Source of the DNA: an uncultured Spirochaetota bacterium
GTDB taxonomy: Bacteria; Spirochaetota; Spirochaetia; SZUA-6; Fen-1364
NCBI GenBank assembly: GCA_963745235.1
Contig: CAVUXE010000057.1
Coordinates: 15,565-79,564, forward strand
DNA: 64,000 bases
Direction: 5' to 3'
Shown here in pieces: positions 60,836 through 64,000 of the stretch. Numbering within the stretch: the first letter of the stretch is position 1; each line of letters begins with the position of its first letter. A program made the translations under genes and the position numbers. The notes beneath the pieces are model-generated. The model was not told the DNA's origin and made no database searches. It saw nothing but the letters and a program-made list of their open reading frames with translations.

Positions 60836-61347
60836 TTTTTTATTTGCCCGGGATGCTGTGCCGATGAAAAAGTCGCGTTGTTCTTCAAAGGTCGTTTGTC
60901 TTTCATCTGCGCGAGTTCGTCGCGGTCGGTTATGTTGCGAAATTTCCCCTTTTGATCGATGCCGTATGCTTCAGCGATTTCGCTTGGAGTGTCCCTGTTA
61001 GAATGGCATTCATTACCTATCTCGATGCCGTGTAGAAGTGCATTCTGCACCGCATGGCGTTCGTGGTCGAAAAGAAAGGCAGCTTGAAAGATTTCAATAG
61101 TGGTATCCGCTTAAAGAACCGCACCCACCCTATGCGGGGTCAGAGAGACATGTTTTCGAAGTCCTTCCGGTCCAGTTGCTGCGGAGTCAAAGCGCGATAA
61201 TCATCCTTGCTCTTTGCCAGAGGGTCAGCGTCAACCACGCCAGGACGACGATTGAAGCAGGGTAGACCTCCGTATGGGAACATGATTTTGGTCTTGCTAG
61301 CCATTTCTTATATCAAGGCTCGAGAAGAAGACGGTTAGACACGGTTA

Positions 61348-62638
61348 GGGTCCGACACAAAAGAAACGCTTCAAATTATGGAGACGTGGGAAGAATGGTA
61401 TAGTTCCATTCGCCATGGAAATTTTCCTTCTTGATCTTGACGCGGCTCATTTCCTCGTCGGAGATCTTTCGCCCCACTGAGTATTTGCGGCGATCCAGTC
61501 TGCAAGTCACCTGCAAGCCCGTCGCGGTGGTCGTGTTCGCAATCAAGCGCACGATGGTTTCATAGTCCCTTAGGGGCTCCCCACGCCAGTTGGTGCTGAT
61601 GAAAGAGAACAGCCGATGTTCCACCTTGTTCCACTTGCTTGTACCGGGCGGGAAATGGCAAACGCAGATCGCAAAGCGAAGCTCATCAGCCAAGCGCTGA
61701 AGTTCCAGCTTCCACAGCCGAGCGCGGTACCCGTTGCTGCCGCCGCCATCGGCGGTGATCAAAAGCCGCTGGGCCCGTGGATACAAACGGCGACCTTCCG
61801 CGCGCCACCAGCCCCGAATCGAGGCGACGGCGAATTGTCCGGTATCATGGTCGGTACCGACCACAACGTGACCCCGGTTGCGCGCCAAGTCGTATATGCC
61901 GTAGGGATAGGCCCGCGGCACATCGGGATGGGGGAAATCGTGGCCTTGGACTCGCGGGGCTTCCCCCTTTGCGTGCCATTTGCGCCCGTCATTCTTGTAG
62001 TTTCCCACCAGTTCCTTCTTCTTGGTGTCCACCGATACCACCGGATTCCCGACCCGCATCTCCCGTGACACCCGACCGTTGATATGCTCGAACTGTGCGT
62101 TACGGTCGGCGTGCTGGTTGCCCTCCTCCATCTTGCGGTTGCCTTGGAGACTATAGTTCAGCTCGTGCAGGGTGGCCCAAACCCACCGATGGCTGGCCCC
62201 GTGACCCATGCCCTGCAGGGTGTCCGCCAACGTGCGAATGCTCTTGCACGTCCAGCGCAGCGGCGACATCGGATCTCCTCGGGACAACGGTTCAACAAGG
62301 CGCTCCAGCTCCTGCACCACCGTCGGATCTACTGCGCTCACCTTCTTCCGTCCTCCCCCGGGGCGGCGGATTCTGCCCGGGGTCACTGCCGGTCGTTGGC
62401 GGAGTTCTTGTTGTCCGCGAAGAATGGTCGAGCGAGCCAAACCGGTGATGCGTGACACCTGGGAAATACCCCCGTGCCCAAGCGCTTCCGCTTCCGTTGC
62501 CGCGAATAGGCGCAGGGCGCGTTCGTCAAGCGTCGAGGCCAATCGCTGAAATCGGAATCGAATACTCGCTTCGGGTGTCACTCCCAGAGTATACACGACT
62601 CCTAATGCTATGTGTAGCGTTTATTTTGTGTCGAATCC
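61348..62638 (-). mobile_element. Complete ISAzo13-family insertion sequence
   Basis: 23-bp terminal inverted repeats (GGGTCCGACACAAAAGAAACGCT / GGATTCGACACAAAATAAACGCT, 3 mismatches) and a TTA target duplication at 61345-61347 and 62639-62641. Confidence 0.92.
61376..62596 (-). CDS. ISAzo13-family DDE transposase
   Basis: GDPMSPLRWT, VDTKKKE, TADGGGSNG, HFPPGTSKWNKVEHRLFS, FHGEWNY. Confidence 0.95.
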   Translation of the reverse strand: MYTLGVTPEASIRFRFQRLASTLDERALRLFAATEAEALGHGGISQVSRITGLARSTILRGQQELRQRPAVTPGRIRRPGGGRKKVSAVDPTVVQELERLVEPLSRGDPMSPLRWTCKSIRTLADTLQGMGHGASHRWVWATLHELNYSLQGNRKMEEGNQHADRNAQFEHINGRVSREMRVGNPVVSVDTKKKELVGNYKNDGRKWHAKGEAPRVQGHDFPHPDVPRAYPYGIYDLARNRGHVVVGTDHDTGQFAVASIRGWWRAEGRRLYPRAQRLLITADGGGSNGYRARLWKLELQRLADELRFAICVCHFPPGTSKWNKVEHRLFSFISTNWRGEPLRDYETIVRLIANTTTATGLQVTCRLDRRKYSVGRKISDEEMSRVKIKKENFHGEWNYTILPTSP

Positions 62639-62871
62639 TTAGACAAAATTGTTGACCTTATCTATGAAAGCATATATAATAGCCCAGTTATGTGCTGACA
62701 CGATACAAGCGGTGTCTCTCGTAAAGTGAGGCGACTCCGGTGTCGCACTCCCTCTCGCTTGCCAAACCTCTAAAAGATAGACGCCACATTTTCCCGGAAG
62801 CTCGCGGCCCGCCTTACACGGTTCCGACACGTTTTTTCTACGGACAATCTGATATCTCAAGGAGGCGCAGT

Positions 62872-63366
62872 ATGAAATGGCGAGCGATAGTGTTATGTGC
62901 ATTTGCTTTTGCAATTGTTATGGGGGGACGTGCCTTCGCTCAAACCCAGCTGACTTTCAAGGGCATAAACTATGCGTCCACCGCTCTGAAGGCCATTCCC
63001 ATTGACAAAGACCATCTTGTACTGATGGGGGAGCAGTTGGGCGTAGAAATCAACGGTCAGCCTGCATTCAACAATATGTCAACCCATTTCTCTCTCATCG
63101 TCTACTTCAACAAGGACACCGGATGGCATTTCCATGGATACGGAGTGTATGGAGACAAGGACGGTGACACAACGATATGGGAGATTTGGGACTCGCCCTC
63201 CGGCGCGGATGGGGACAAGGGCAAGCTCATAGGGGCTACAGGCAAGTTCGCTGGCATGGAGGGGACTTGTGACTTCCTCAACGAGCATCCTAGGGGTTGG
63301 CCGGAGAACACTGGCAGATTGGTCTGCCGGGAGAACTGGAATCTTACTTTGAAGAAGCCTCTTTGA
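62872..63366 (+). CDS. Hypothetical secreted protein
   Basis: AAGGAGG RBS; signal peptide MKWRAIVLCAFAFAIVMGGRAFA; DKDGDT..GATGKFAGMEG. Confidence 0.75.
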   Translation: MKWRAIVLCAFAFAIVMGGRAFAQTQLTFKGINYASTALKAIPIDKDHLVLMGEQLGVEINGQPAFNNMSTHFSLIVYFNKDTGWHFHGYGVYGDKDGDTTIWEIWDSPSGADGDKGKLIGATGKFAGMEGTCDFLNEHPRGWPENTGRLVCRENWNLTLKKPL

Positions 63367-63380
63367 AGATTTAGTTAAAC

Positions 63381-63950
63381 TTGAAAACCCGCCGCCTATG
63401 GCGGCGGTCATGTCCTGATGGCTTTGCCGTAAGACCGATTGCGAATAACATAGGGGCATGCCGAAATGGAAAAAACAGTCGCACGTGGTCTACCAGTGCA
63501 GCTATCACATAGTGTGGACTCCCAAGTATCGATTCCGAATCCTGGAAGGAGCTGTGGGGAAGTACGTCGAAGGACGCATAAGGGCTATCTGCGAGTGGAA
63601 GGATAGCCAGATAGAGGAACTGGCGGTAATGACGGATCACGTGCATCTGGTGGTAAGTACTCCTCCAAGGACGTCGATATCAGAGCTGATGGGGTTTCTC
63701 AAAGGCAAGACAGCAATCGGGATATTCAAACATTTCCCGCACCTGAGGCGGAAGCCATACTGGGGGAATCATTTCTGGAGCCGCGGCTACTGCGTAACGA
63801 CCATAGGGCTGGATGCGGATAAGAGACTGGCGCTACGTTAAATATCAGGAAGACGCCGAGCGGCTCGAAAGAAGGAGCGCAAAAAACCCTGCCCTTTTTT
63901 CAGAGGCCGGGGTTCGAAAGCCACCTCCTTTCAGACTGTGTGGATGATTT
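63381..63950 (+). mobile_element. IS200/IS605-family element (tnpA only visible; ends approximate)
   Basis: Left subterminal hairpin CCGCCGCC-TAT-GGCGGCGG at 63389-63407; garbled right-end-like AAAGCCACC..GTGG near 63917-63943. Confidence 0.7.
63458..63841 (+). CDS. tnpA: IS200-type Y1 HUH transposase (late frameshift)
   Basis: YHIVWTPKYR, DHVH, LKGKTA, HFWSRGY; the catalytic-Tyr helix RYVKYQE lies in the shifted frame. Confidence 0.9.
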   Translation: MPKWKKQSHVVYQCSYHIVWTPKYRFRILEGAVGKYVEGRIRAICEWKDSQIEELAVMTDHVHLVVSTPPRTSISELMGFLKGKTAIGIFKHFPHLRRKPYWGNHFWSRGYCVTTIGLDADKRLALR

Positions 63951-64000
63951 CGTGTTCCGGGGGCAGGGGAGTCTGGCGGAAACAAGCAGAGCGTGGGAAA

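Noticed and set aside
61334-61340. GTTAGAC as an integron attI/attC core site (GTTRRRY)
   Set aside because: No intI gene, no paired RYYYAAC attC palindrome and no cassette array is visible.
63458-64000. TnpA as a RAYT mobilising the hairpin family, or a downstream tnpB
   Set aside because: The motifs are ordinary IS200-type, its end hairpin differs from the family, and no tnpB is readable in the apparently degraded sequence at the window end.

Overview
A GC-rich chromosomal segment from a spirochete (class Spirochaetia), judged from the 16S signature, two FlaB flagellins, FliW/CsrA, a PlzA-like PilZ protein and an 'AGG..E'-type solute-binding signal peptide. In order it holds: mfd (5'-truncated), a response regulator and fapA; a TetR/hydrolase islet; two large PAS histidine kinases; glgC; MrfA/MrfB-like repair genes; a ROK-regulated sugar ABC locus with two GH94 phosphorylases; trxB, a lipoyl ligase, GH3 and GNAT; a flagellar/c-di-GMP block (flgN-flgK-flgL-fliW-csrA, HD-GYP, tsaB/tsaE, two PilZ, fliD, flaG, two flaB); infC-rpmI-rplT-zapB-zapA; a HEAT-repeat adenylate cyclase; ahcY, a small zinc-finger gene and adk; a full rRNA operon with a decayed tRNA-Ile; and a lower-GC tail with ISAzo13 and IS200-type elements. 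Many genes, including near-universal ones, carry single-base indels, so I treat the frameshifts as long-read consensus errors rather than pseudogenes. The best non-obvious signals are (1) four CsrA-type CANGGANG hairpins inside the zapA 3' end that match the hairpins in both flagellin leaders, (2) a dispersed palindromic repeat family that also forms 23S helix 45, (3) a ~1000-aa HEAT-adenylate cyclase split by one indel, and (4) a tandem YacG/TRASH-like zinc-finger protein. All calls come from motif recognition by eye; no database search was run.
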